NCBI GenBank assembly: GCA_963765495.1 | Contig: CAVXWP010000008.1 | Coordinates: 832,001-896,000 of the forward strand | Origin: Blastocatellia bacterium | Lineage (GTDB): Bacteria; Acidobacteriota; Blastocatellia; UBA7656 | Direction of reading: 5' to 3' | DNA length: 64,000 bases | Part shown: in pieces, positions 30,115-39,250 of the stretch | Layout of the letters: each line of letters starts with the position of its first letter | Position numbering within the stretch: position 1 is the stretch's first letter | The notes under the pieces: generated by a model | Seen by the model: the letters and a program-made list of their open reading frames with translations, nothing else | What the model was told of the DNA's origin: nothing | Database searches by the model: none | Translations under genes and position numbers: made by a program

Positions 30115-30867
30115 ATGAAGATCAGCGCGACCCTCATCACGTTCAATGAAGAGCAGGCGATCCGGGATGCACTCGAATCGCTTTTCTGGGCGGATGAAAT
30201 TATCGTAGTCGATTCGGAAAGCACAGATCGCACCGTAGAAATCGCCCGCCAGTTTACCGACCAAATCATCATACGGCCCTGGCCGGGATATGCGGCTCAG
30301 AAAACTTTTGCCGCCGCGCAGGCCAGCCACGATTGGGTCTTTAACCTCGACGCCGATGAGCGCGTTTCTGCCGATCTCGCGCGCGAGCTACAGAACATGA
30401 AACAGCAACCCGAACCTGCTGCCTCGGGGTTTGAGATGCCGCGCCGTACCTTTTATCTTGGTCGCTGGATAAGGCATTCCGGCTGGTACCCCGATTATAA
30501 GCTCAGACTCTACAACCGAAATCGTGGCAAATGGCGCGGCGAGTTTGTTCACGAATCGGTTGAAGTGGACGGCAATGTAGAGAAGTTGAACGGCGACATT
30601 CTGCACTACACCGTACGCAACGCATCTGACCATCACTTGAGGATAGACCGTTACACTACGCTCGCGGCCGAAGAGTTGCGCCAGAAAGGCAAGCGCGCGC
30701 GCGCGACATCAATCTTCATCTCACCCCTCACTACATTTATCCGCTCCTATATTTTCAAGCTTGGATTTCTTGACGGCCTTCCTGGGCTGGCAATCGCCTA
30801 TTTCGCCGCCCATTACGCATTCCTCAAGAATCTGAAACTGTGGGAGCTTTGGAAGGATGAAGGATGA
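30115..30867 (+). CDS. Glycosyltransferase family 2 (KdtX/WaaE-like)
   Basis: ITFNEE, VVDSESTDRT, LDADER, WYPDYKLRL, VHE, GFLDG. Confidence 0.9.
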   Translation: MKISATLITFNEEQAIRDALESLFWADEIIVVDSESTDRTVEIARQFTDQIIIRPWPGYAAQKTFAAAQASHDWVFNLDADERVSADLARELQNMKQQPEPAASGFEMPRRTFYLGRWIRHSGWYPDYKLRLYNRNRGKWRGEFVHESVEVDGNVEKLNGDILHYTVRNASDHHLRIDRYTTLAAEELRQKGKRARATSIFISPLTTFIRSYIFKLGFLDGLPGLAIAYFAAHYAFLKNLKLWELWKDEG

Positions 30868-30998
30868 AATAAGGGATGAGGGATGAGGGATGAGGGATGA
30901 AAAGGACTGATGGGATTAATATTGGTAGCTGGACAACCGCATTAATCGAGATATTGGCCAGATTCTTTTTCATCCCTCATCCCTCATCCCTCATCCCT
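30855..30998. repeat. Inverted arrays of heptamer GGGATGA/TCATCCC between convergent genes
   Basis: gggatga x4 ... tcatccc x4; both flanking proteins end in DEG*. Confidence 0.85.
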
Positions 30999-32080
30999 TC
31001 GTAGAGGGTTTCGATTTCGTCTATGATATGCTCGCGGCCGTAGCGGAGGTAAACATCGCGATGTGCTTGCGCGGCAAGCCGCTCTCGAAGGGGGGAGTCG
31101 GAGAGCAACCAGAGCAGTTTGTCTGCGAGCGACCCTGCGTCTCGCGGAGGGACCAGAAGCCCCGTCGCGTTCTCTTTGATGATCTGGCTGATGCCTCCGA
31201 CATTCGTAGCAAGCACAGGACGTCTGGCCGCCATCGCTTCGATTGTGACCAGTGAAAACCCCTCGTCCCAAGAAGGCACGACCACTATATCAACGGCCGC
31301 CAGCAGTTCCGGTATATGATAAATTTGCCCCAGAAAACGGACCCTGTTAGAAAGCCCGAGCGACGTGGCGAGTGACATCAGGTGGTTTGTAAAGGGCCTG
31401 CCTTCACGGTTTTCCTGCCCCGCTATTAGGAACTCCACATCGCTGCGTATTTTGGCAATTCGCCCCGCAGCGCGGATAAACTCTTCCTGCCCCTTCTCGT
31501 GAGTGATCTGACCGATACAGGCTACGACAAGACCGGCGCGCAACTGAAACATGGCGCGCGCCGCGTCGCGTTCGATAGGCTGGAATCGCTCGGGGTCGAT
31601 CCAGTTCGGAATAACCCGAACGCGTTCAGGCGGAAGCGCCAGCCGCTCGATCACGGAGGCGCGTACGCTTTCGGATACGGCTATGACGGCCCCGACATCT
31701 TCAAGCATCCAGCGATAGAGCCGATTTCGTTTGAGAGGCAGGTAATGATGCCGGGTCAAAACCAGCCTGGCATTTGGTGTCTTGCGGCAGGCGAGCGCAG
31801 CTACCAGATAATCTCTCCCCATGTGCGCGTGAACGATCTCTATGCCGTTTTCATTTACCAGATCGGTAATGGCTCTTGCCGATGGCAGGTCGAGCGAATT
31901 TCTAAGCGGCATCTCGTGCCAGGATGCAATCACGCCCGCAAGCGGCAAGCGAAGAGGGCTCCCGGGTCTGACCGCAAGATAGACGGCATGGCCCCGGCTT
32001 GAGAGTGCCTGTACGAGTCCTGCAACATGCACTTCGCCGCCGCCCATCCTGCTTGCGGAGCATACTTGAAGAATCTTCAT
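30977..32080 (-). CDS. Glycosyltransferase family 4
   Basis: MKILQV...GGGE, VHAH, IAVS, KGQEEF, PSWDEGFSLVTIEAMAA, GLLVPP. Confidence 0.92.
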   Translation of the reverse strand: MKILQVCSASRMGGGEVHVAGLVQALSSRGHAVYLAVRPGSPLRLPLAGVIASWHEMPLRNSLDLPSARAITDLVNENGIEIVHAHMGRDYLVAALACRKTPNARLVLTRHHYLPLKRNRLYRWMLEDVGAVIAVSESVRASVIERLALPPERVRVIPNWIDPERFQPIERDAARAMFQLRAGLVVACIGQITHEKGQEEFIRAAGRIAKIRSDVEFLIAGQENREGRPFTNHLMSLATSLGLSNRVRFLGQIYHIPELLAAVDIVVVPSWDEGFSLVTIEAMAARRPVLATNVGGISQIIKENATGLLVPPRDAGSLADKLLWLLSDSPLRERLAAQAHRDVYLRYGREHIIDEIETLYEGMRDEG

Positions 32081-32240
32081 AAACGAGAGACCGGATATCA
32101 GGCTAAAGCTTGACAATACCGCGCCGCGCTAATTTAATCCCAGATGAGCGGCGGTAGCAAATCAATTATGACTGGCTGCCTGCCTTTCAGGATCGCCCCC
32201 GATAGCTTTATCGAGCAAACGAGTAGCAAGAAAGGTGACG

Positions 32241-33110
32241 ATGGAATACCTCCCGGATTACTTTATTGGGATTTCGATATTTCTATTTGGGTTGTTGATT
32301 GGCAGTTTCTTAAACGTAGTGATATACCGGCTGCCCAGACGAGAATCTATAGTCTTCCCAGGCTCTCACTGTCCCAACTGCGAGGCTGAGGTCAAGCCTT
32401 ACGATAACATCCCCGTGCTGAGCTACATCATCCTGCGCGGGCGCTGCCGCAATTGCGGCGCAGGCATATCGCCCATCTATCCGGCTGTCGAACTGCTTGT
32501 CGCATTTCTCTATCTTGCGCTGTTTTTCAAGGTCAGGGGGCAGTTCCTACCGGATGAAAAATCTTTCTGGCCGATGTTGCTTGCCGATATAGTATTTGTC
32601 TCTCTGATCGTTCCACTGGTCTTTATCGATCTTCGCCACAAGCTGCTGTTGAACGCAATCACATACCCCGGCTTCTTTATTCTGCTAGCGCTTCGCGCAA
32701 TCGCGCCCGATCCGATCATCATAGACCAGACCGCAAGAATGCTCGGGCTGAGTGCGTGGCCCGCGTGGGCGGTCTCTCTTGTAGGGTCAGCCCTTGGGGC
32801 ACTGACGGGAGGCGGAAGCCTCTGGTTTGTCAGGTGGGCTTACTTTAGATTGCGCAGGGTTGAAGGGATGGGGTTGGGCGACGTAAAGATGATGCTGATG
32901 GTCGGGGTCTTCCTCGGGTGGCAACTCACCCTGCTTACGATCTTCCTGGCTTCGCTGCTCGGCTCGCTTGTTGGCATATTGCTGATAGCGGGCAAGGGCG
33001 GCAACATGAAACTGGAATTGCCGTTTGGTGTCTTTCTCGGCCCGGCGGCAATTATCGCCCTCTTTATCGGCCAGGGTTTGATTAAGTGGTACATCGGAAT
33101 GTATACATAA
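32241..33110 (+). CDS. pilD: Prepilin peptidase/N-methyltransferase
   Basis: GSFLNVVIYRLP, CPNC/CRNC, IDL, GMGLGDVK, PFG. Confidence 0.93.
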   Translation: MEYLPDYFIGISIFLFGLLIGSFLNVVIYRLPRRESIVFPGSHCPNCEAEVKPYDNIPVLSYIILRGRCRNCGAGISPIYPAVELLVAFLYLALFFKVRGQFLPDEKSFWPMLLADIVFVSLIVPLVFIDLRHKLLLNAITYPGFFILLALRAIAPDPIIIDQTARMLGLSAWPAWAVSLVGSALGALTGGGSLWFVRWAYFRLRRVEGMGLGDVKMMLMVGVFLGWQLTLLTIFLASLLGSLVGILLIAGKGGNMKLELPFGVFLGPAAIIALFIGQGLIKWYIGMYT

Positions 33111-33112
33111 TT

Positions 33113-33220
33113 GAATGATGCGCGATGCGTGATGCGTGACTTTTATGGAGATTGCCTGTTATAGACAAATTGCAAGTCTGATAAATCACGAATCACGAAT
33201 CACGAATCAGTCTCGCATCG
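33113..33220. repeat. Inverted heptamer arrays (GTGATGC/GAATCAC)
   Basis: gatgcgcgatgcgtgatgcgtgac ... atcacgaatcacgaatcacgaatc. Confidence 0.8.
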
Positions 33221-33240
33221 CAGAATAAAAGGTATAGGCT

Positions 33241-34941
33241 ATGAAAAAAAGCTGCGCTTTGTCACTCATTCTCTTGATCGTATCGATTGCGCCCGTTGCG
33301 CCGCGCGCTGACGAGCGCGAGCCGGTTCGCGCACGGCACGGCATGGTGGCATCTACGAGCGAAATAGCCTCGCGCGTCGGGATTGACATCATGAAGCGCG
33401 GCGGCAATGCCGTTGACGCGGCCGTAGCCGTAGGGCTTGCGCTCGCCGTTGTCTGGCCTTCGGCGGGGAATTTAGGCGGCGGCGGGTTTATGATGATTCG
33501 CCGTGCAGACGGGACATCGGAAGTGATCGATTACCGCGAGCGAGCCCCTCTTGCCGCAAGCCGCGATATGTATCTCGATAAAGAGGGCAACGTCATCAAA
33601 GACGCATCTACGGTTGGATACAGGGCGGTGGGCGTGCCCGGGTCGGTTGCGGGCTTTGCGCTCGCGCTCGAGCGTCACGGCAAGCTCAAATGGGCCGACG
33701 TGGTAGAGCCTGCGCTCGAGCTTGCAGCGGAAGGATTCACGGTCAACTACCACACGGCACGCAGCCTGACCGGAAGCCAAAGGCTTTTATCGAAATTCCC
33801 CGAAAGCCGGAGGATTTTCCTTCGCGACGGCAAGCCTTATGAAGAGGGCGAAAGTTTCAGACAGCCTGATCTTGCGGCTACGCTAACTAGATTGAAAGAG
33901 AACGGCCCGCGCGAATTTTACGAAGGCAAGACCGCCGAGATGATCGTCAAAGACATGAAAGAAAACGGCGGTTTGATTACGGCAAAGGACCTGGCCGAAT
34001 ACAAGCCCACGGTGCGAAAACCGCTGAGTGGAAATTATCGAGGGTACGAGATCATCACCATGCCGCCGCCCTCATCGGGCGGGGCCGCGCTGATCGAGAT
34101 GCTGAACATGCTTGAGCATTACGACCTTAAAAAGATGGGCCACAACGCATCGGCTGAACTTCACGTACTGATAGAAGCGCAGCGACGGGCTTTTGCGGAT
34201 CGGGCAGAATTTATGGGCGATGCCGATTTCGTCAAGGTTCCGCTCGAAGGGCTGGTATCAAGGAAATATGCCGCCGATCTTGTAAAGACTATCAAGAAAG
34301 ACCGGGCGACTCCGAGCAGCGAAATCAAGGCGGGCAAGCCGACCGGCTATGAGTCACCGAATACGACTCACTTCACCGTGATCGACGGGGAAGGCAACGT
34401 GGTGTCGAATACCTACACGCTGAATAACAGTTACGGGTCGGGCGCGACCGCTCGCGGCACAGGCGTACTGCTCAACAATGAGATGGATGATTTTACATCC
34501 AAGCCGGGAGTGCCAAACGCCTACGGGCTGCTTCAGAGCGAGAACAACGCCATCCAGCCGAGCAAGCGCCCGCTTTCGGCGATGACCCCCACGATAGTTT
34601 TGAAAGACGGCAAAGTGGCTTTCGCCATAGGCAGTCCCGGCGGGCCTACGATCATCAACACGGTCCTACAGGTGATTATCAACGTTATTGATTTCGATAT
34701 GAACATACAGCAGGCGATTGATGCGCCGCGATTTCATCACCAGTGGATGCCGGACGAAATCCGTTGGGAGCCCTACGGATTGAACAACGACACGCGGACG
34801 GCGATGGAAAAGATGGGTCACGTCTTTTCTGAAAGACCCGGTTACATGGGCGACGCCGAAGGCATAATGATAGAACCTGAAACCGGAATGAGATTGGGAG
34901 CTTCCGACCCCAGGCTTGGCGGCGTTCCCGTAGGCTACTGA
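33241..34941 (+). CDS. ggt: Gamma-glutamyltransferase
   Basis: Signal peptide, GGNAVDAAVA, DYRE, PPPSSGG, nucleophile TTH, LNNEMDDF, GSPGG. Confidence 0.95.
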   Translation: MKKSCALSLILLIVSIAPVAPRADEREPVRARHGMVASTSEIASRVGIDIMKRGGNAVDAAVAVGLALAVVWPSAGNLGGGGFMMIRRADGTSEVIDYRERAPLAASRDMYLDKEGNVIKDASTVGYRAVGVPGSVAGFALALERHGKLKWADVVEPALELAAEGFTVNYHTARSLTGSQRLLSKFPESRRIFLRDGKPYEEGESFRQPDLAATLTRLKENGPREFYEGKTAEMIVKDMKENGGLITAKDLAEYKPTVRKPLSGNYRGYEIITMPPPSSGGAALIEMLNMLEHYDLKKMGHNASAELHVLIEAQRRAFADRAEFMGDADFVKVPLEGLVSRKYAADLVKTIKKDRATPSSEIKAGKPTGYESPNTTHFTVIDGEGNVVSNTYTLNNSYGSGATARGTGVLLNNEMDDFTSKPGVPNAYGLLQSENNAIQPSKRPLSAMTPTIVLKDGKVAFAIGSPGGPTIINTVLQVIINVIDFDMNIQQAIDAPRFHHQWMPDEIRWEPYGLNNDTRTAMEKMGHVFSERPGYMGDAEGIMIEPETGMRLGASDPRLGGVPVGY

Positions 34942-34947
34942 TTGATC

Positions 34948-36159
34948 ATGACTATAGACGAACAGATCGCATACTTAAAAAAGGGCACGGTTGATTGCAT
35001 CCCGGAAAACGAACTGCGCAGCAAGCTCGAACGCGCGGCAAAGACGGGGAAACCGTTAAGGGTCAAGGCAGGCTTCGACCCAACCGCGCCCGACCTGCAC
35101 TTAGGCCACACGGTGTTGATCCGCAAGATGCGCCACTTTCAGCAACTCGGCCATCGGGTGATCTTTCTGATAGGCGATTTCACCGGGATGATAGGCGATC
35201 CGTCGGGCCGCTCGGCCACGCGCCCGCCGCTTACCACCGAACAGATAATCGAAAATGCCGAGACCTACAAGGAGCAAATATTCAAGTTGCTCGACCCCGA
35301 GTTGACCGAAATTCGTTTCAACAATGAGTGGATGTCAAAATTCAAGGCGGCCGATTTTATAAGACTCACTGCGGCGGCTACGGTGGCGCAATTGCTCGAA
35401 CGCGATGATTTCAAGAAGCGGTTTGAGGCGTACACACCTATCAGCGTCCACGAGTTTCTCTACTCGTTTGTTCAAGGGTACGACTCGGTGGCGCTTGAGG
35501 CCGATGTCGAGCTTGGAGGCACGGATCAGAAATTCAACCTGTTGATGGCGCGACAGGTGCAGCGCGAATACGGCGTGAGCGAGCCTCAACTGATAATGAC
35601 TACGCCGTTGCTTGAAGGGCTCGACGGCGTGCAGAAGATGTCAAAAAGCCTCGGTAATTACATAGGCATCACCGAGCCTGCGCGTGATATATTCGGCAAG
35701 GTCATGTCCATAAGCGATGATTTGATGTGGCGTTATTACGAGTTGCTGACCGATATGACACCACGCGAGGTCGAGGAATTGAAAGAGGCAACCAGCCGGG
35801 GCGAAAAACATCCGAGAGATTTGAAAGCCGCGCTCGGTCGCCGCATAGTAGCGGATTTCCACTCCGAGGCCGAAGCTCAGGAAGCGAGCGACGAATTTGA
35901 TCGGATGTTTCGCGAGCATCAGGCTCCCACAGATATTCCTGTCTTAGAGAAATCCGTCGAGGCAGTCAGGCTTGTAAAACTTCTCGCTTCGGAAAACCTC
36001 GCTTCGTCTGTTTCAGAAGCCCAGAGATTCGTCGCACAAGGCAGCGTACGCATAGACGACGAGCGCATAAGCGACGTAAAGCACGAGGTAGGCGAAAGCG
36101 CAGGCGAGATATTGATTCAAGTCGGCAAGCGGAAGTATCTCCGCGTGGTTTTCAAATGA
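34948..36159 (+). CDS. tyrS: Tyrosine--tRNA ligase
   Basis: [27 protein letters not shown]-terminal S4 domain. Confidence 0.97.
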   Translation: MTIDEQIAYLKKGTVDCIPENELRSKLERAAKTGKPLRVKAGFDPTAPDLHLGHTVLIRKMRHFQQLGHRVIFLIGDFTGMIGDPSGRSATRPPLTTEQIIENAETYKEQIFKLLDPELTEIRFNNEWMSKFKAADFIRLTAAATVAQLLERDDFKKRFEAYTPISVHEFLYSFVQGYDSVALEADVELGGTDQKFNLLMARQVQREYGVSEPQLIMTTPLLEGLDGVQKMSKSLGNYIGITEPARDIFGKVMSISDDLMWRYYELLTDMTPREVEELKEATSRGEKHPRDLKAALGRRIVADFHSEAEAQEASDEFDRMFREHQAPTDIPVLEKSVEAVRLVKLLASENLASSVSEAQRFVAQGSVRIDDERISDVKHEVGESAGEILIQVGKRKYLRVVFK

Positions 36160-36211
36160 AGCAGGTTTTTTCCAGGGCCATTCAGTTTTCAAATTGTAGA
36201 TAAGGAAAAAG

Positions 36212-36303
36212 GAAATAGGCCGCGGATGACGCGGATGCGACGGATTTTCGCGGATCTGACATTTTATGAGTTAATCCGCGTAGATCCGCCGCATCCGCGT
36301 CAA
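36212..36303. repeat. Partial copy of the CGCGGAT/ATCCGCG palindromic element
   Basis: gaaataggccgcggatgacgcggatgcgacggat...aatccgcgtagatccgccgcatccgcgtca, matching 39025 and 41863. Confidence 0.8.
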
Positions 36304-36358
36304 CGGCATGATAAATCACGAATCACGATTCGCGAATCACCTGTGATAAAATGCTTAT

Positions 36359-37930
36359 GTGGCAACGTTGAGCGATCAAAATCCGTATGAGTCTTTAATG
36401 CAAGAGCCAAAGTCAAAGCTGATCCAACCGGCTGCTAAAACCACAAGCCCCGGCGCACTTGTCCCGCTTGAAGGGGCTCCGGTACTCGCAGATTCTAAAT
36501 CACAAGATACGCGAATGGGTGTGAAGGGCTATCTTCGGTTGCTGCGGATAATGCTCTCTCTTATGCTTTTCGCTGCTCGCGTCTTCGTCAATTCGCGGGG
36601 CTGGCTGGGAAAGAAGAAGACGCCTCCCGCAGACCTGCGACACAGCGAAGGCGCTATTCTCAGAGGCAAGCTGCTCCGCCTGGGGCCTACGTTTATCAAG
36701 ATAGGTCAGACGCTCGCCACTCGCGCCGACATCCTCCCCGTCGAATACATTCAGGAACTTTCAAAGCTTCAGGATGAAGTGCCGCCCTTCCCTACCGTGG
36801 AGGCTCGCGCCATCGTCGTACGAGAGCTTGGCGCTCCTATCGAAGACATCTTCGCGAGCTTTGAGGACGCGCCCGTAGCGGCTGCGAGCCTCGGGCAGGT
36901 CTATCGAGCGACTCTTCAAACCGGGCAGACGGTCGCCGTTAAGGTGCAGCGACCCGACATCCGCGACCGCGTCGAATTCGACATCCTCGTGCTTCGCCGC
37001 GTGGCGAGAATTCTCGACCGCTACCCAAATTTGATTCGCGGCGTAGACTGGCAGGGCACGCTCACCGAATTCCACCAGACCATAAACGAGGAGATGGATT
37101 ATCATCAGGAGATCAGCAACGCCGAGATGTTCAGAAAGAACTTCGCGGAGTGGAAACAGGTCTACGTGCCGACGATCTATCAGGTATTCTCGACCCGTCA
37201 GTTGATCGTGATGGAGTTTATCGAGGGGTTGAAGGTTACGGACACGGACGGGCTGAGAGCCGTGGGGCGCGACCCCCACGAAGTAGTAAAACTGCTTGCG
37301 CGAACATACCTCAAGCAACTGCTCGAAGACGGTTTCTTTCACGCCGATCCTCATCCGGGGAATCTGCGCGTGATGAGCGACGGGCGGCTGGCTTTCTTCG
37401 ATTTCGGCATGGTAGGCCGCCTGCCTATCGAGCTTCAATCAAATCTGATAAACGCCTTCTTCCACATCGTCGAGCGGGATGTTCACGGGCTTGTAGAAGA
37501 CATGGTGCGGCTTGGCTTTATAGAGTTATCGCCCGAAGAAGAGGACAGATTCAAACCGATTATCGAGAAGCTGTTCGACAGATATTTGAGCCGGAAGCTT
37601 GGTGACGTGCAGTTCAAGGAATTGATCTTTGATCTGGCGCATGTGATTTACGAGTTCCCTTTTCGAATACCGGCGAGTTTCACCTACATCGTGCGGGCCA
37701 TCATGACGCTTGAAGGCATAGGCACGATGGTTGACCCGAATTTCAATTTCTTTGAGGTGGCGCGTCCTTACGCAAAAGGGTTCATGTTCAAACGCGAGGG
37801 GCGGTACCTGCGAACGCTGCTGGTCAATCAACTGGTTCGCGGCGAGTCGGGCAACATCGACTGGGGTAAAATGTGGAAGCTGGCAAAGATGGCTTTCAAA
37901 TACTACGTGCGCGGCGAAAACAAGCTCTAA
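36359..37930 (+). CDS. ABC1/UbiB family atypical kinase
   Basis: LGPTFIKIGQ, AAASLGQVY, VAVKVQRP, FHADPHPGN, DFGM. Confidence 0.93.
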   Translation: MATLSDQNPYESLMQEPKSKLIQPAAKTTSPGALVPLEGAPVLADSKSQDTRMGVKGYLRLLRIMLSLMLFAARVFVNSRGWLGKKKTPPADLRHSEGAILRGKLLRLGPTFIKIGQTLATRADILPVEYIQELSKLQDEVPPFPTVEARAIVVRELGAPIEDIFASFEDAPVAAASLGQVYRATLQTGQTVAVKVQRPDIRDRVEFDILVLRRVARILDRYPNLIRGVDWQGTLTEFHQTINEEMDYHQEISNAEMFRKNFAEWKQVYVPTIYQVFSTRQLIVMEFIEGLKVTDTDGLRAVGRDPHEVVKLLARTYLKQLLEDGFFHADPHPGNLRVMSDGRLAFFDFGMVGRLPIELQSNLINAFFHIVERDVHGLVEDMVRLGFIELSPEEEDRFKPIIEKLFDRYLSRKLGDVQFKELIFDLAHVIYEFPFRIPASFTYIVRAIMTLEGIGTMVDPNFNFFEVARPYAKGFMFKREGRYLRTLLVNQLVRGESGNIDWGKMWKLAKMAFKYYVRGENKL

Positions 37931-37936
37931 TTTTAT

Positions 37937-38003
37937 CAGACAGGATTTACAAGATTTTTGAAGTAAGAGCGCAAAATCCTGTTGATCCTGTAAATCCTGT
38001 CTA
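37937..38003. repeat. Inverted 9-mer arrays (ACAGGATTT/AAATCCTGT)
   Basis: agacaggatttacaagattt ... aaaatcctgttgatcctgtaaatcctgtct between convergent genes. Confidence 0.75.
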
Positions 38004-38014
38004 AATCTCGCGTC

Positions 38015-38845
38015 CTATTCCTCTATATCGAAGGAGATTGATTTCGCGACCGAGGTCGATTCGTTCATATTGAGATCGACTCGGTAAGTACCTACCGGGA
38101 ACCCATTGGTTGGCTTTGTGATCGTGAAATCGATGTAGTTCTGCTCTCCCTCCAGGGTGACCGAAGTCTTTGCAATTTCGTAATTCGGTTCAACCCCCTC
38201 GGCCTTTTCGGCTATCCAGTGCGCGGTCACCTTAGTGCCGGGTGCAGGCCCTGTAAAGCGGACGCGGCAATAAATCTTTGCCGTGTCTGTGCCAACAGAT
38301 TCGACAGCGTCTCCGCCCTCTTCCGTCGCAATTCTGACATCCGAAATCGTGGCGCTTGAGCTTCCCGTCGGGCTGGCGCTTGAAGGCGCACCGGCTCCGC
38401 TTCCGCCCGTGACGGTAAAGGTCAGAGTTTTATCGGGGGCCTTTTCTTTATCCGCCGTGGGGTTGAGGAATATGTCTACTTTGTAATCGCCTGGAGGGAG
38501 GCCGCCCGTTGGTGTCAATGTGAAATCAACGATGTTTTTCCCTTGTGTCTTGATTTCAGTTTCGTCAATGTGATGATTTGGCTCAAATCCCTGGACCTTC
38601 ACCGCGGTCCATTTCGCTTTGACCCGCGTGTCATCCGGCGCATTGCCGATCTCTATGACCGCGTGTATAACGGGGTCGGTAGACTCGAATGTAGTCGTGG
38701 GGTTGACGGCTTCCTTATTGTCATTTACGGTCTTCGACATCTTCGCATCGGTTATATGCGCCGTAGAAAAATTGAAATTACAGGCACCGGCTATCAAGAA
38801 AAGAACCAAGATTGCCAGTGCTGATACTGATTGCTTTCCGCTCAT
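38015..38845 (-). CDS. Lipoprotein with two repeated beta-rich domains
   Basis: Lipobox-like AGAC; repeat pattern T.V.A.W.A.K..G.EPN..I..T.....DFT.T....G.P.G.Y.VD seen twice, Gly/Ser linker. Confidence 0.75.
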   Translation of the reverse strand: MSGKQSVSALAILVLFLIAGACNFNFSTAHITDAKMSKTVNDNKEAVNPTTTFESTDPVIHAVIEIGNAPDDTRVKAKWTAVKVQGFEPNHHIDETEIKTQGKNIVDFTLTPTGGLPPGDYKVDIFLNPTADKEKAPDKTLTFTVTGGSGAGAPSSASPTGSSSATISDVRIATEEGGDAVESVGTDTAKIYCRVRFTGPAPGTKVTAHWIAEKAEGVEPNYEIAKTSVTLEGEQNYIDFTITKPTNGFPVGTYRVDLNMNESTSVAKSISFDIEE

Positions 38846-38977
38846 CCGTTTTTCTCCTTTTTGATCTTCGCACACAGTTATGCTGCAAACCATATTGGGC
38901 AAGATCGTATGGGTCATCCGTGGCGTAGCATCCTAGCAAAAGCGCGTCCAGGTCCACAAGACAGGATTAACTAAATC

Positions 38978-39185
38978 GAAATGCACAAGCCTGGTACAAA
39001 CGAAACTCCAAAGTAGTGTAATTAGAAATAGGCCGCGGATGACGCGGATCGGGCGGATCTACGCGGATCTGACCCTGTATGACCCAATCCGCGAAAATCC
39101 GCCCGATCCGCGTCATCCGCGGCCTATTCCGATCTGCCTTTCATTCAAACTCATTTGTACCAATCTCTTGCGGAGTGATTTAGAT
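38978..39185. repeat. ~200 bp palindromic dispersed element, copy 1 (MITE/REP-like)
   Basis: Colinear with 41815-42025; tggtacaaa...tttgtacca inverted ends around a long internal hairpin. Confidence 0.8.
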
Positions 39186-39250
39186 TCGATAGGATCAGAC
39201 AAGATTCTTTTTAAATCCTGTCTAATCCATCCAAATCCTGTCAATCCTGT

